Made by a program: the position numbers and the translations under genes
In this document: positions 18,001-30,797 of the stretch, piece after piece
How the letters are laid out: every line of letters starts with the position of its first letter
Position numbering within the stretch: the stretch's first letter is position 1
Source of the DNA: Tubiluchus corallicola
Lineage: Eukaryota > Animalia > Priapulida
Reading direction: 5' to 3'
Assembly: GCA_030141605.1 (NCBI GenBank)
Contig: JAQGDQ010000359.1
Span: 124,001-188,000, forward strand
DNA length: 64,000 bases
Notes under the pieces: model-generated
Databases searched by the model: none
What the model was told of the DNA's origin: nothing
The model's input: only the letters and a program-made list of their open reading frames with translations

Positions 18001-21000
18001 TAAGTCTTTTTTCCAGTCTCACATATCTATTCCATTAATTTATTTTGAAAATTGTTTGCATTGCTTTAGCATACCAAACTCAAATTCTATGAGTTATGAA
18101 TATGTTGACCAGAATAGTCAAAAATGTTTTGGTAATATTTCAAGACTTAGGCCTTTTTCTAGTGATTTTTAGATCTTACTTTGTAAATCTGTCATTTTAA
18201 AAAGGCAACAATAAATGAGTCAAAATGCCAAGACAATTGGAAGCATCGTAAAACACTATTAAAATGCTTTTATTCTATGTACATTACGTGTCAGTTATTC
18301 CTCAATCTTTTCCCAAAGGATAAAAACAAATGCAAAACACCTTTTGAAATAATACGGTCATTTTTTTGCTGTTTGCAGGATGTAAAGGCTACTTTGCATT
18401 GATTGTTAATTTTTTATCATTTGAGAAAATGTGAGATATAATCAAAATGTCACTTATGTAGAATACATGTATTTAGGGATAAAGATATGATTACCAAATC
18501 AAACATTTTTCTGAAATGTGGCTTTCAGGTACGACTTCAAAAAAGCAGCATCCTAAAAAGGCATGTCTCACATTCTGCTTCCATATACGATGCATAAAAC
18601 TATTAAAACGTGATTTTTACGTGTTGCTACTACGTAAATTTGTCCTTACATAAATCCTACATTACTGCTTGTAAAAATTCTTTTTATTGTGAACGATAAC
18701 GTTTTCAGAACACATTATTTCTCATTTTCAGGTCATTACAGATTACTTTAGATCAGAAAATGAAAATTACAATCAGACCTTGCTATAATGCCATCCTTTA
18801 TAATGTCAATGACACCAAAATTCTTGGCAAAATAAAATATCTATATTTGCATAGACATGACATCATCATTTACAATAAAAGCATTGTTGTAAATATAAAA
18901 AAATTACATTCATTTGCATATAAAAAATATATAAACAATTTTTTATAATGCATATTTAAAGGATTTTTTCATTTGTATATAAATTGTGGGGTTTATGTAA
19001 AAGTCAGTTACATTTGTCGTCGTAAAAATTTGTCTTGCATTGCAGTTGATGCCGATCGAATTCTAGAAACACATATTTGTGAAGGTGATGACAATAAAGA
19101 ACTCACTTGCACTAATGGAGAAAATAAGCCAGATCTACGTTTGATCAACATTAGACAAGTTCTTGCTGCACATGGTGGTCAGTGCATGCAACACCTCGGG
19201 ATGGATTGCTCAAGTGTGGAACAGCGCAGGCAACTCGGCAGAAAAGAAGATGCAGCATTAAGAAGCACCTGTGATGGTAAAGAACATTGTGAAATTGATT
19301 ACATAGCGCTGATGACTTCCATTTTGCAACATCAAGACCCATCGCCGGACTGTACTGTATACTTCACAATTAGATATACTTGTGGTATGTGTTAGAAATT
19401 CTTTGATGCCAATATTTGGGAAGCAGTATAGGGTAGCAGCTTAACTCGGGACAGGTTCCCTCAAATTGGTTGTTTTTAGTCAACTCTATTAACTTCATTT
19501 GTACTTCATGTTTATTTACTTCATGCGTTAATTTTTTAAACTGGAAGTTGACATAAAGATGTCGCACGGAAATGAAACTTATTATTCCCAAAATTGGCAG
19601 CAGACAGTTCTGTAATTGGTTAATTTTTTTGCAAAAAGTTTAAAAAGAAATGTAGATTTCTAAACCAACCAAGGGACTTTATTCCTCATTAAAGCATCCC
19701 AAGTTCTTTTTAGCTGCTTACAGCCTGGTTGTAATTTCGGGATATAGTTCAGAAAACAAAAAATAGTCCAACACATAAAATACCAGGTACTCTAAATGCC
19801 AGATGTCTTATCATAGTAGCAGCAGTCAAAAAAGGAAAATTCTGAAATACACTGACATGCTATACTATATCCTACACTAAGTGTTTTACTTTTACATCTA
19901 ATATATTAAAAACATTTGCATGTTACTTTATGATAAGTTTTTTTTGTTTACGCTGTTTGTGTTGGTCTACCTAATGCTTACTCTGTTGTTTAGTCTTCTG
20001 TTCTAATTGCTTGTGTGGTGTTTTGGTTTCATGTTCTTTCTTACATAAATGGCCTGCATTTATGTAAACATAATGTAATTTATAAATGTTTTTATATGTA
20101 TAACTCAAAGTTAGGTATTGTAAATGTGGAATTATGGGTACAGGTCCAGAAAAATAGAATTCTTGTAACTAATTTGATAGTGAATTTCACAGGTGAGAAG
20201 CCTGGTAGAAAACCCAATTTATAAGCACTCATTCTGCATCTAGGAATGGTTGGGGTAAAAACATTTGGGAATGTTCACTGTTCAAAGGAAGCAAAACTGG
20301 TACTGTAGCCAAACTGATGACTGAAGTCCTGAAACATCTTCCATTAACATAAACAACAAAAAAGCTTAATGCATCAACATATCTTTATTTTTCAATGTGT
20401 AAAGGTTGCAAGGTTTACCCATGGTTAGTATGATTGTACAGTCGCATTATATAGTCAATATTAATTATGTTTTTGTAACAATTTTTTCAGAAATTTTTGC
20501 CTGCAAACTTGCTTTGTTTTGCAGATTCGCCTCGTGTCTGCAGATTTGGGGATGAGGAAAGGATACATACATATCTGGCTCCGTCTGGGTTTTTTGTAAA
20601 CCCGCAGTATCCAGACTTGAATTATTCTGTGCCAGTTAGCTCAAGCGAATGTGAATGGAACCTTTTGGGTGATCAGCTGAGATTAGAAATACTGCACATA
20701 TCGTTTCCACAAAAACAGCAGTGTAATAATTACTTAAGAATTACGGCAGAACAGAAGAGTACAAAGTACTGCGAAAATAGCGATGTGACGCATATCGATC
20801 GCGATAGAATATATGACTCATTTGCTGCAGTAGAATATCACGTGGCACCCAAAAATGAAGATGGGTCAGTTCCGTTAGTGCATGGCTTCTTGATTAAGTT
20901 CACAGGTAACCTTGAAATCATTCGTTCAACGTGGATTTAATCCACATAACCTCTGCAAAAAGAAACTAACTTAAACAATGAATTGAATGCAAACACACTG

Positions 21001-24000
21001 TTTTGTTTGCTTTATCCAAAAAACAAATTGCTTGTTGTCCTTTCTGGGAAGATATTACCCTATGTTCTAAAATTAGTGTAAAAGCAACTCTAATGTACTA
21101 CATTTAAAATAAATCATCAAAATGGACATCATGTTGCTATTATGAAAAAACATAACTACATTCAGGTAGGTAGTTTAGCACGTGTATAATTGACGTCAAA
21201 CATATTGGTCTATTGTTCCGCCTCCGCCGCAACGTAAGCACGCTCAGCAGCATTTGGGACAACAGCTCACGCAGGACAACAAACCAGCACTTCAAGTAGC
21301 TAAAAAATCACTTTTCAATTTAAACAGATTCTAGAGACGAAGTTTCAAAGCACTACATAATATAGCGACATAAATATAATAAAGAAACTAGGCCAGTTAG
21401 TCTTACTTTACAATAAATTATCAGCAAAAATATTGTCTCTCGCATTTTAAACATACGAACATCAGGCCTGCAATGTATTTTTCTATATTAATTGATCATG
21501 TGCTCGTATGCAAGATTCATTAAGTTTTTGTATTTTTCCGTTTGTCCGGCTAATCAAATAGTCATTTTTATCTAACTTGCAAAGCCATAAACTAAACTGA
21601 ACTGCATATTCTCTTGATCGCAAAATGGTTTAATCAGCAACTCATAGACGTAAGCGTTGTGCATTTCTTCCTATAAACGAAACTAGACTATATACTTCCA
21701 CTAATTCACTTGCAATTTCAATTGCCAATAATAAAATCTAGAACCAGGCTAATATTTCTCCTGCTAACTAATGAAAAGGTGAACATTTTTCATAACAGCA
21801 TTAGACGGAGCTGTAGCTAAATGTCCCAAACGTACCTGCTGCAGGGGTGTGTGAAATAACTTACACACTGATTGGGCAATCAACGAAAATGATAGACATT
21901 ATGTTAGATGTCAATTAGCTCATTTTGCTTTCTTTCATTAATGAATTATGCAGCAAGTGGAAGCAGTTTCTAAGACCTATGCACAAATCTAATATCAGAA
22001 AAAAAATGATAAAAATTGCTGTGTCATTCAATAGGTTTAACCAAAAACCATCAGAATGCTTAGATACTATTCTTGTAACTGTCATTGTATTAGTCAGTGG
22101 CCAGAACAAAACAAGTAGTTACAATTAACTGCCCGATATATTGTTATGTGTTGTTTGACTTGGTCAGTTTAATTTTGACAAAGTATGTACTCTATGTTTT
22201 GGACCACTAGTAACATAAATATTATTTCTCTCTTTCTCACCATCCTCCTGGTAGATTTTCATCTGTCAGCCGGCGAACAGTTGTGTTCGCCATGAGTTAC
22301 TTGAGCAAAAAGTACTTCAGTGACTTGCTAGGTCTATCCTGAAGGATTTGGTCCGCAGCTCCTTATTTGAGTATTCGGAGCACCCTGGCTCGTGAGCCAG
22401 GGGTCCCCCATCCGCCACCCGGGGGATGCGCCCGGTAGGGGTTTACTCCCCCCCCGAGCTATAAATATTATAGAAAACTAAATTGAGCACTTTTCAATGG
22501 GTTTTATTTGAAATGTTGGACAACTCCAACATCTGAAATGCTTCGAAATCTTTGAAAGTTCCCTTAACTGGCTTTTGTCAGTGTATGATGGTGATGTTTT
22601 GAAAAGTTGGACTTTCAAGCCTAAAACAAGGCTAAATTCTATAACACTGATTTCGACCATGATGGTGATTGATGTTTCTCTGTTATTTCAGAAATAGGTA
22701 ATCCTCAACCTAAGATGACCACAGCTGTCCTTAATGATGATTATGAAGACGGCAGCAACAGGTCTGATGTGGTGAATGGTATAATAGTTTTTTAAAGCTC
22801 TTAATTATCATAACAGCAGTGAAGTACAGTACAGATGTGGTTTATTTAGCATTAATATTTCCCACTTCACTAGTACCAACTTCCCAAATTCTTGCAAGCA
22901 GTTTTTATGTCCCTTTGGTCAATGATTGTGTTGTTCTGTGCTTCTGATGTGCTGTTAGTTTTTCCGAAGATGAAGGCTAATGCTGTATGTAGTTATTGAA
23001 CAAGCTGCTCACATTGTAGACCTGCTCATTAACATTTTCAGGCTTACGTACATATTCAAAGGACATTTTGCTCTCTTTGTGACTTAAGTTCCTCAGAGAA
23101 GCCCCAGTGCATTACAGTTAAAACAGTTCCAGAAATTGAAACAGATTTGAAGTGTAAAATTTAAACGAAAATTGAGTTAATCACACTTGGATTACTAGTA
23201 GGTGGAACATGAAACTTTTGTAGGTGTGGCGACTAACTTGCATTGGACGTCTATTATCAGATGTCAGATATTTCACAGTCCAAAGATGCTATCTACTGAG
23301 AGAGGCTGTATTTGGTTCAATCTATATCCATTAAGTGGCCTTCATTGAGCTTTTTAAAAACTGCTTAGCAAACTTTTTCATAGCATTGCAATTACACTTG
23401 TGCAATTTTCCTTGATAGCATCAATTTGCTTTAATGCTTCAAATTTTTACAAATTTGAATTTCTGAAGGAAAATTACAGAAAATTAATAATGTTATCTTT
23501 ATTTTATTTTACTTGATTAGTGGTCAAAATTCAGTTTATTGTTTACAAATTTTTGCTCTGTTTCAGAATTTGTTGCTGAATCAAGCACATTCATTAATTT
23601 TTCATCCATAGTGATAACTAACAGAAGCCTGCAAGAATGGCAAAACCCACCAGGTACATGGTTGTATGGAAATCAAAAATTGTGCAGTTACTATGAAAAA
23701 TTTTGCTTGCCAGTTTTGATTGTAGAGAAATAGTCTAGAGTGAAGGTGAGGCGGTACAGGCACATCGGTTTGTCTCCATATAGCCAAACCTTACTATTAA
23801 AATTTGTCTTAGGGATTAGCTTTGGACATTGGGATTTGATATTGGGTTTAAAAGCCTCTACACTTGGCTTTTAATTGAAATTGCAATGATGCTTTCCTCA
23901 AAGCCAGACTTTCGTAACGTAGTAATAATTGAGCACAGTTTTGTTTCATTAAAAAGTAAAAATGGCTCTTAACAAAGTACTTTCGGTGTGAAAAAAATAT

Positions 24001-25534
24001 AAAACTTTGTACTATAACACATGTACAAGAAGTTACTCAACACGATAGTGGAAAATTTACTAAAAGCTCTAGCTCCAGATACTCTCTAGAATCAATAGAT
24101 CTTTCCTGAGGCACATTTTGGGTTTTTCTGGCATCCTATGTCTCTTTGAAGTTCGTGACATGTAGCATTATTCTCCTTTCATATAAACATGTATTGTTTG
24201 ACCACTTGTTAATTTGATGTTTTTTAGGTTTGTTGATCAGTGCTGTAGCTGGAGGAGTCTTGATAGGTGTAACACTCGCACTAATTGTGTTCTCAGTTTT
24301 AAAAAGGTAATAAAATTTGAAAGTATTTGTAAGCAGTGTCAATTAACAGTCAAATATGCCCTCTGGTTTGACTTGCAATAAGCCTTTTCACAATTCCAGC
24401 GATTGTTGATGATCGTGAAAAGGTCAAAGGTTAAGTGTGCCAGACAACGCATTTGTGCACACTTAACAACACCTCACAGCTCATGCTATTGTAATATATG
24501 GTAACTGTTTGCTAGAACCTTACCTAGTTCATTTTTTCTTGTTCCCAAGGCAAGACTCTGCTAGTAAATCACTGTACATCGAACAGACTAATGCATAATT
24601 AAGTAAAGTCCACATAAAACAACTAAAGTTACTGAATTGATGCGGCATACAGCTTTGCTTTACCCACATGTTGTGTATTACGGTTGTAATTAAGATGCGT
24701 AGCTGTGGTATACTTAACCTTTGACTTACAGCAACTGCGCATGCACACAAACTGAGAAAAGGCTTATTTACCGTACCAAAACCTAAAAACATCCTTACTT
24801 AAATATATCACATGCAGTTAAATAGATATACGGTGCTTGTGTGAAGTAAAAATTAAATGAAACTAGTTATAACATTGAAATTATAGCTGGATGATCACTC
24901 TGAATAGTCAAATTTGAATTACAGAAAAAAGAAAAGCAAAAACAACTCAGCATCACCTACTAAATGTACTCCAGCATTGTCAAATATCCATGAGTATGAG
25001 TACGTTGCTCCACCTGTACAACAATTGCTTAGTAATGCAACACGGCAAGACAACCTTATCATCAATGATGCATATGAAACTACTGCCTCGCCAATGATTG
25101 TCAACGACTTTTATAATTCGAGAAGCACAAACAGGTCAACCGAGCAATGCCCGGAGCGTGTTATCATAAACGATATCTACCAGCCTAGTGGCTGTCCTTG
25201 TTTTCAAACACAAAATAGCATTTCCCTGAGTGAAAGCATTGTTAATGTACATAACAGGAGGTCTGTTATGTCAGAGGGTGGCAAGAGGTCATCTACTTCC
25301 CAGACTGCAAAGAGAAAGTCAACACAGTCATGCTGCGACAATAGGAAACTAGAATTGCATGATGCAAATGCCACAGGAAGCTCAGCCATTGAAAACAATG
25401 CAGTGTGGCTGATCCAAGAGAGAGCGGCTGGTTTGGCTTCTGAAGAAAACATGATTCTGAATGACATTTATGAACATGATCAACCGGCTTGTAGAGCCAA
25501 GCCAGCAAACAACGTTTACGAATACGTTTCCTAA
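15095..25534 (+). CDS. Receptor B: signal peptide, 3 EGF-like, SUEL-like, CUB, stalk, TM, Tyr-motif tail (~669 aa, 10 exons)
   Basis: Exons 15095-15140 (MKCFGNLHIFLCFMS), 15444-15596, 16435-16542, 17728-17847 (three six-Cys EGF units ending CxCxxGWxGxxC-like), 19046-19384 (SUEL: HICEG..LTC..INIRQVLAAHGG..STCDGKEHCEI..YFTIRYTC), 20525-20905 (CUB: SGFFVNPQYP..CEWNL..CNNYLRI..KYC..GFLIKF), 22692-22778, 23567-23653, 24228-24306 (TM), 24925-25534. All phases join into one open frame. Confidence 0.88.
16010..16263 (-). mobile_element. Probable tRNA-derived SINE (related fragments at ~6975-7065 on + and ~28350-28400 on -)
   Basis: Minus strand begins ctgTGGTCTAGTGGtaagattccc..ggcTTCGATACtc (A-box/B-box-like); body motif gtggct.agat..ctctg..ag...ttagagg...ataagga..caggctc..gtcatgtt is shared with the other two loci. 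Confidence 0.5.
16788..17075. repeat. Dispersed repeat, copy 2 (inverted relative to 6440-6720)
   Basis: See copy 1; collinear similarity over ~280 bp. Confidence 0.65.
17371..17617. mobile_element. MITE-like element with ~50-bp terminal inverted repeats and an internal ~63-bp direct duplication
   Basis: aaagtgcaaatttctgttcattatcaaaagttccattgacattaactgaat pairs with attcagttaatgtcaatggaacttttgatattgaatagaaatttgcacacttt; left flank TTAA, right flank TTAG (possibly Kolobok-like). Confidence 0.65.
21187..21917. mobile_element. Possible non-autonomous DNA transposon with imperfect terminal inverted repeats
   Basis: taattgacgtcaaacatattggtctat at the left end versus atagacattatgttagatgtcaatta at the right; internal inverted tttgggaca / tgtcccaaa. 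No clear TSD. Confidence 0.4.
22325..22460 (-). mobile_element. GC-rich structured fragment resembling the 5' end/UTR of an RTE-clade LINE
   Basis: Abrupt GC island in an AT-rich intron with hairpins ccctggct-cacg-agccaggg, catcc..ggatg, gggg-agtaaa-cccc; the string gggtggcggatggggg..ccgaatactcaaataaggagctgcggac resembles RTE 5' leaders as I recall them (not checked). Confidence 0.45.
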
Positions 25535-26146
25535 AAATTTTATTTGCCTGCTGCGGGAACAATATTCATCAGCACCAAGTGCTAAGACTGGATTTTGTTT
25601 TTATAAGCGTAACACTACTAAGCTAATATGTTCTAACATTTGTATAATAAATTTGTTCGTATTTAGATTACTAGGCCTTGTATTTTCATAATAATATTGA
25701 ACACTGTATTTTTCATGTGACTTTTGTAGTTCCAAATTCATTATTGCAATCTTAAGATGTGTTTAGTGTGAATGCGTTGTATACTTTTCATTTATTTTGA
25801 ATGTGTCGAGTACTTTGCCTTAATTTAACAGACTTTGCTGATTCAAGTCCTTGTCTGGCAGCATCATCACAAATAGATGGATATAACTCATCCATTTATA
25901 GGCAAAAATCCTGGATACGTATCCTGTGTGATTGAACACTCGGAATGGAAAGAAGGAAATGTGATGATAAATGATATCCTCTTAGCTGTAGTTTACATAC
26001 ACAAGTCTGTTAAATGCCAAACTAGAGCTCTAAGATAAATGATGTGTGATGTAATCTGCAAAGCGATCAAATAAATTTCTCCAAATAATTCTGGCATTGT
26101 TACAACACACCAGCTTTTCATTCTGAAGGTCTGAAAGACATTGATT

Positions 26147-28581
26147 ATGAAATGCAACCTAATGAAGTTATCACTCCTGGTACTACATATGTTAGACAAC
26201 CTGGGTGTTATTCGTAAGTGTGCTTTTCTAATTTTGTATCTTGATACTTTTATTTATGTTTCTTTGTCATTGTTGCACAATTATATTAGACTAAGTAGCG
26301 GAACTATCCATAATCAATTTCATTGTCAATTTTATTGAAAGTGGCTTGGTGCTGTTTATCAGCGAATTGAAATTGTGACATTATTTGCTTATTTCAGTTA
26401 GAGATTCATTCTGCATTTTATCGTTACCCAATTAGATAACTTTACAAACAAACTTAAAGATATGAATTCTTTTGTGCTAGCCTCTTAAATGTGTAAATTT
26501 CAGCTTGATTGAATTTTGCTTGAAATTTTTAATTATCTATTGATATCTATTCATTATACTCCTGCATATATTCCACAATCAAGCTTGCATTTGTGAATTC
26601 TTTCATTAATACATTACCAGTCAATGAAAATTTGTGAAGGTCAAACTGGAACTGAATATGAGATCACTTAGCTTCAGTACGTAGTTAGAGGTTGCTGTAA
26701 CAGGAATTCCAATTGTTATACATTGCCTTACTAGTACAGTTCTTATTTTCTTTTTTTACAGATGGAGCAGAAAGCACTTGTCTTACGGAAAATGCATTGT
26801 TAAAGATGACTTGTCTTGGAATGAGTGACATAATTACTGATATACAGATTGGTAGTATATTTGGACAATCTTGTAATGAAGCTAGTAGCAACTGTTTGGG
26901 AGGGGACAGAAGATCTGACGAAGAAACGCTGGAAAATATCAGAAATAAATGGCTTGTTCAATGCAGAGATCAAAGAGCTTGTAACTTATCAATCCCTCTC
27001 ATTTCGTTGAATGAATCAACATCTATTAAAACTGAGGGAAATTCTACTGTTTCTTGCAGGAATTTTTATTGGGTCAACTACACTTGTGATATGCCATTAG
27101 GTAAATTTCAATAAATTGGTGTTAATGCATGCAGCATTAGTTTTTAAACGTTAATAATTTTATCTTTATAATGTTTATAACCTAGATTTTTTCCACAATA
27201 GTAACATTTAATGACGAAGTAGTTTCTTGTCAAGGTAACTCTTAACAATGACAATAAATGTTAAAATAACATGGTAATTTTTCAATCAGTTCCAGAGCCA
27301 ATCGTTAGAAATGTATCGTGTTCAAATGAAACGCTCGACATTGTGTGTCCCGAAGACACTCTTATTTACATCCAAACAAGCCTGATTCTCCGGCCGGCCA
27401 AAAATACTTCAAGAGGCCCTCGAAGAAATTGGAATCCCAAATGGAATGAATCAGCACTAGCAGCTAACTGTACTGGCTTTCAACAATGTGAAATAGCATT
27501 TCACGACTATTTTAAAGAGGAGTCTAACGAGTCTTGCAAGTTATTCTTGCAAGTGCATTACATCTGCGGTGAGTGGAACTTAATTTCTAACTAAATTCTA
27601 AATCGATCTGATAAGGTACTTTAGTGGGTTCGTATTGGAAAACTATTTCAGCGCAAAAGTGCCAAAAGTTTTTGATGTGTGACAAACTCATGCAGTGGGT
27701 CAAAGTAATATTTACTTTATGCATTCAAGAAGTTTATGCAATGTATAGAAAATTATATCCCAATTAGCACATGAGAAAGAGGACCAATAAACTGGGGTTT
27801 TTTATGTTAAGATTTTGTAACAATTTAGAGAAGACTAATGCACTTTTCATTTCAAGTTACAAAGACTAAGACTGGATTTAAGATAGTTTGTTATAACAGC
27901 TTGAATGGCTAGTCTTTTTAATCCAGACAAGATAGGCCAGTATGAATCTTATTCTGTGTTTCAGCTGAAGATCAGCTAAGGTTGACACAAGCAGCATCTT
28001 CTGGGTCGCCTAGAATTAACAACTTATCTTCCTCTGTGACATACAGTGTTATGCCAACTGAAGAAATCGTTTCTACTGAAACTCTGTCAACTGCACAAAG
28101 CAAAAAAGAAGATATATTTGCCTTGGACATGTCAAACAGTGAGTTCAGTTTATTTATATTAGTGATGCAAAAGCAAAATCCTATGTGTAACCTACTCAAG
28201 AGACGTGTGATACTAATTTATTTGGTATCTGTGTTCACTACAGTCATGCAGTTGTAAAATTTGTTAATTTATTACATCGTGCATAGCCACACACTGCAAG
28301 CTGGAAACCGGCTTTCAAGAGCGAGGCCTACTTATTGAGATGCTTTTGGAGCCACTGGAGCCTGGCTCCATATCAAACATATCCCTCTAGATTGAGCACT
28401 TATAATCATTATAATCATTATTGGTCTTGTCTTCTGATTGTAGGTATTCTCATAGTCATCGTGTTGGTAGCAGGAGCAGTTTTTGGCGTTGCCATTACTC
28501 TGACTGTATTTTATATAAACAGATTTAGGTAAGTTGGATGAAGTTCTTTTGAACTACAGTACTTAACTATATATGTATATA

Positions 28582-28635
<54 letters not shown>

Positions 28636-30554
28636 TGATAAAATATTTTGTTGTCGTGTTGACATAAATTTAAAAAATGGACCATGATACACACACACAT
28701 ACATATATTATTTTCTTATATGTGTGTGTGTGTGTGCGTGTGTGTGTGTACCATGGTCCATTTTTTTTAGATTTATGTCAACACAATAACAAAATACAAT
28801 CACTTCTATTAATGTAGCGAGACTGGGATTGCATCAGACGATGTGTTGCATACTGTACTTTTCGAAAGCATATTCTAATTTAGAGTACACTATAGATGTG
28901 GACTGGTTTTCTGGGAAGCCCAGCAGTTTACATAGCTTCCTTGTAAATTGTGTACAAATCACGAATTATGCATTTTCGAGAAGTATTTAGCTTCCTGCTG
29001 AAAGGTAAGCAGCTTTCAACACGAGACCAAAACTAAGACAAGGCACAAACATCTTATTTAAGAAGATGTCTACTGGGATGCAGGGGAATAGGGTGACCAC
29101 TTTTGTACTTCTTGTGATATGCCACTGGCCACAGTTGGCAGATGCGCGCACACATTTGCAGTGTAGTAACTTATCATTAAATTTCAAAAAATTGCAGCTT
29201 TCTGTAAAGTAGGATTCGTAATTTGAAATTTCACACCAAACATTTACTTGTGATCTCTTGCCAACTGTGACCTTTTTTAACTTTGGGAAATGGCTAATAT
29301 TCATCTGTGCTGTTTAAAATATCATGAAGTTGTGCTACACGATATCACGTATCCAAAACATGTATAACTGTGGTTTTACCTCGAAAACTCTGAGAGTACA
29401 CAGGCAATAAAAAATTTTCTTAATATGTCAGGTGATTTTCTAAAAATAAAAGGTCATCGACTAATGATCAAAGCCATTTTCGTCCTCCCTAGTGCATACA
29501 CGCAACAAGCGTGGCTTTTGGAGACTTTTATGGAAATATAACTTTATATATTTGAATGAAGGGAGTGGGAGTAAAAATGAATACTGCTCTTTTTGAGACC
29601 CTTCTTTCAGTTTGACAGGTGGTAAGAATAATAAAAATAATATTATTAATAAGCGTATAGCCAGTATATGGAAACTGGAGGCTGTGTTTTGTGTAGTATT
29701 TATAGAGAGAGCTGCTTAGTAATTGTTTAGTTGCTTCTTTGCTTTTAATGATATGGCAACTGATCCTAACAAACTAAAATTGGCATTAGAAGTTAGAATC
29801 TGTAAAATAATTACAGCTAAGTTTTACAATGAATGTGAAATGATAAAAAATGTAAACCTAATAACTGTTTTTGTCTCTATCACGTTTGCAATGTTCTTTT
29901 TTCAGAAAGAGGAAAAGTGATACATTGGAAATGAATTATCTGTCTGGCAACTACAAAGCTGATGACAATCACCTTCAACGGGCATCACTGTCAAACGCAT
30001 CTATCCATGAATATGACTACATTAACATAAACAACATACAATGTGCTAAGCCTGGACAAAAAACTGCAGATAATAACCTTAAATATGATTACACTTATGC
30101 GGAACAGCTGAGCCATCCAGCCATAATGTTCCAATCTCATGGCACAGAGGCACATGCCAAAATTAATAAGGACCCAAATGAGCAGGAACTAGGACCAAAG
30201 GAATTCACAAATAACTCTGAATCGACTTGTTCAATGATTGACAATGTAATATACAATGATGATTCTACTATATTCCGGAATGATGGTGTCATAGCAGCCC
30301 ATCTAGTTAATAAAAACTTCGACCAAAAAGAAAATGAAGACAGTAGTGCTAAAGTTACAGTATCGCTGTATAACGATATTTGCAATATTGAACATAGTAA
30401 TAAAGCCGAAAAAAATGCTATCAGGTCTCCAGAAGTGAAAGGGAACAAAGTTGTTGTTGTCAATGCTGATCCAATGGCAGTAAGAGAACACATTGTGCAA
30501 ATAAGTGATGAAGTGTGGAGCAGCAGTGAATCGGTTGAAGCTACAGCTGACTGA
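26147..30554 (+). CDS. Receptor C: signal peptide, two SUEL-like domains, S/T stalk, TM, Tyr-motif tail (~530 aa, 6 exons; EVA-1-like architecture)
   Basis: Exons 26147-26213 (MKCNLMKLSLLVLHMLDNLGVI), 26762-27100 (TCLTENALLKMTC..IGSIFGQSC..C..QCRDQRACNL..CRNFYWVNYTC), 27290-27568 (SCSNETLDIVCPEDTLIYI..NCTGFQQCEI..CKLFLQVHYIC), 27965-28138, 28444-28528 (TM ILIVIVLVAGAVFGVAITLTVFYI), 29906-30554 (IHEYDYI, LKYDYTY, IDNVIYND, SLYNDI). Confidence 0.87.
28568..28630. repeat. (TA)n microsatellite
   Basis: About 30 TA units with two G interruptions. Confidence 0.95.
28644..28796. repeat. ~150-bp near-palindrome with (CA)n/(TG)n inner arms
   Basis: tattttgttgtcgtgttgacataaatttaaaaaatggaccatgatacacacacac is mirrored by gtgtgtgtgtaccatggtccattttttttagatttatgtcaacacaataacaaaata. 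Confidence 0.8.
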
Positions 30555-30797
30555 GAATAGCTCAACCAGTATAACTTTTACTTCTATCAGTTAGGCATTA
30601 GTGACTTTGTTTTGTTTGTGAATGAGTATCACAAGAGAATGTATGGAAGCTTAGTATACAGAAATAAAGTACTTTGTGTTGATGAGGCAGGGTTTTTATT
30701 TATTACCAATAGTGTTTAAAAGTTATTAAACTCTGTTGTGCAGTGATGGAACCAATCTTGTTCCAATAAACTAAAACTTATATTTTTAAGTGCACAT

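Noticed and set aside
15095-25534. Calling receptor B a Notch ligand, latrophilin or tolloid/cubilin
   Set aside because: No DSL, GAIN/7TM or protease domain; only three EGF, one SUEL-like, one CUB and a single TM, so no gene symbol assigned.
26147-30554. Assigning receptor C as eva-1/EVA1C
   Set aside because: Architecture matches (two SUEL + TM) but the YGR/DPC/KYL motifs typical of EVA-1 are absent; orthology cannot be supported without a phylogeny.
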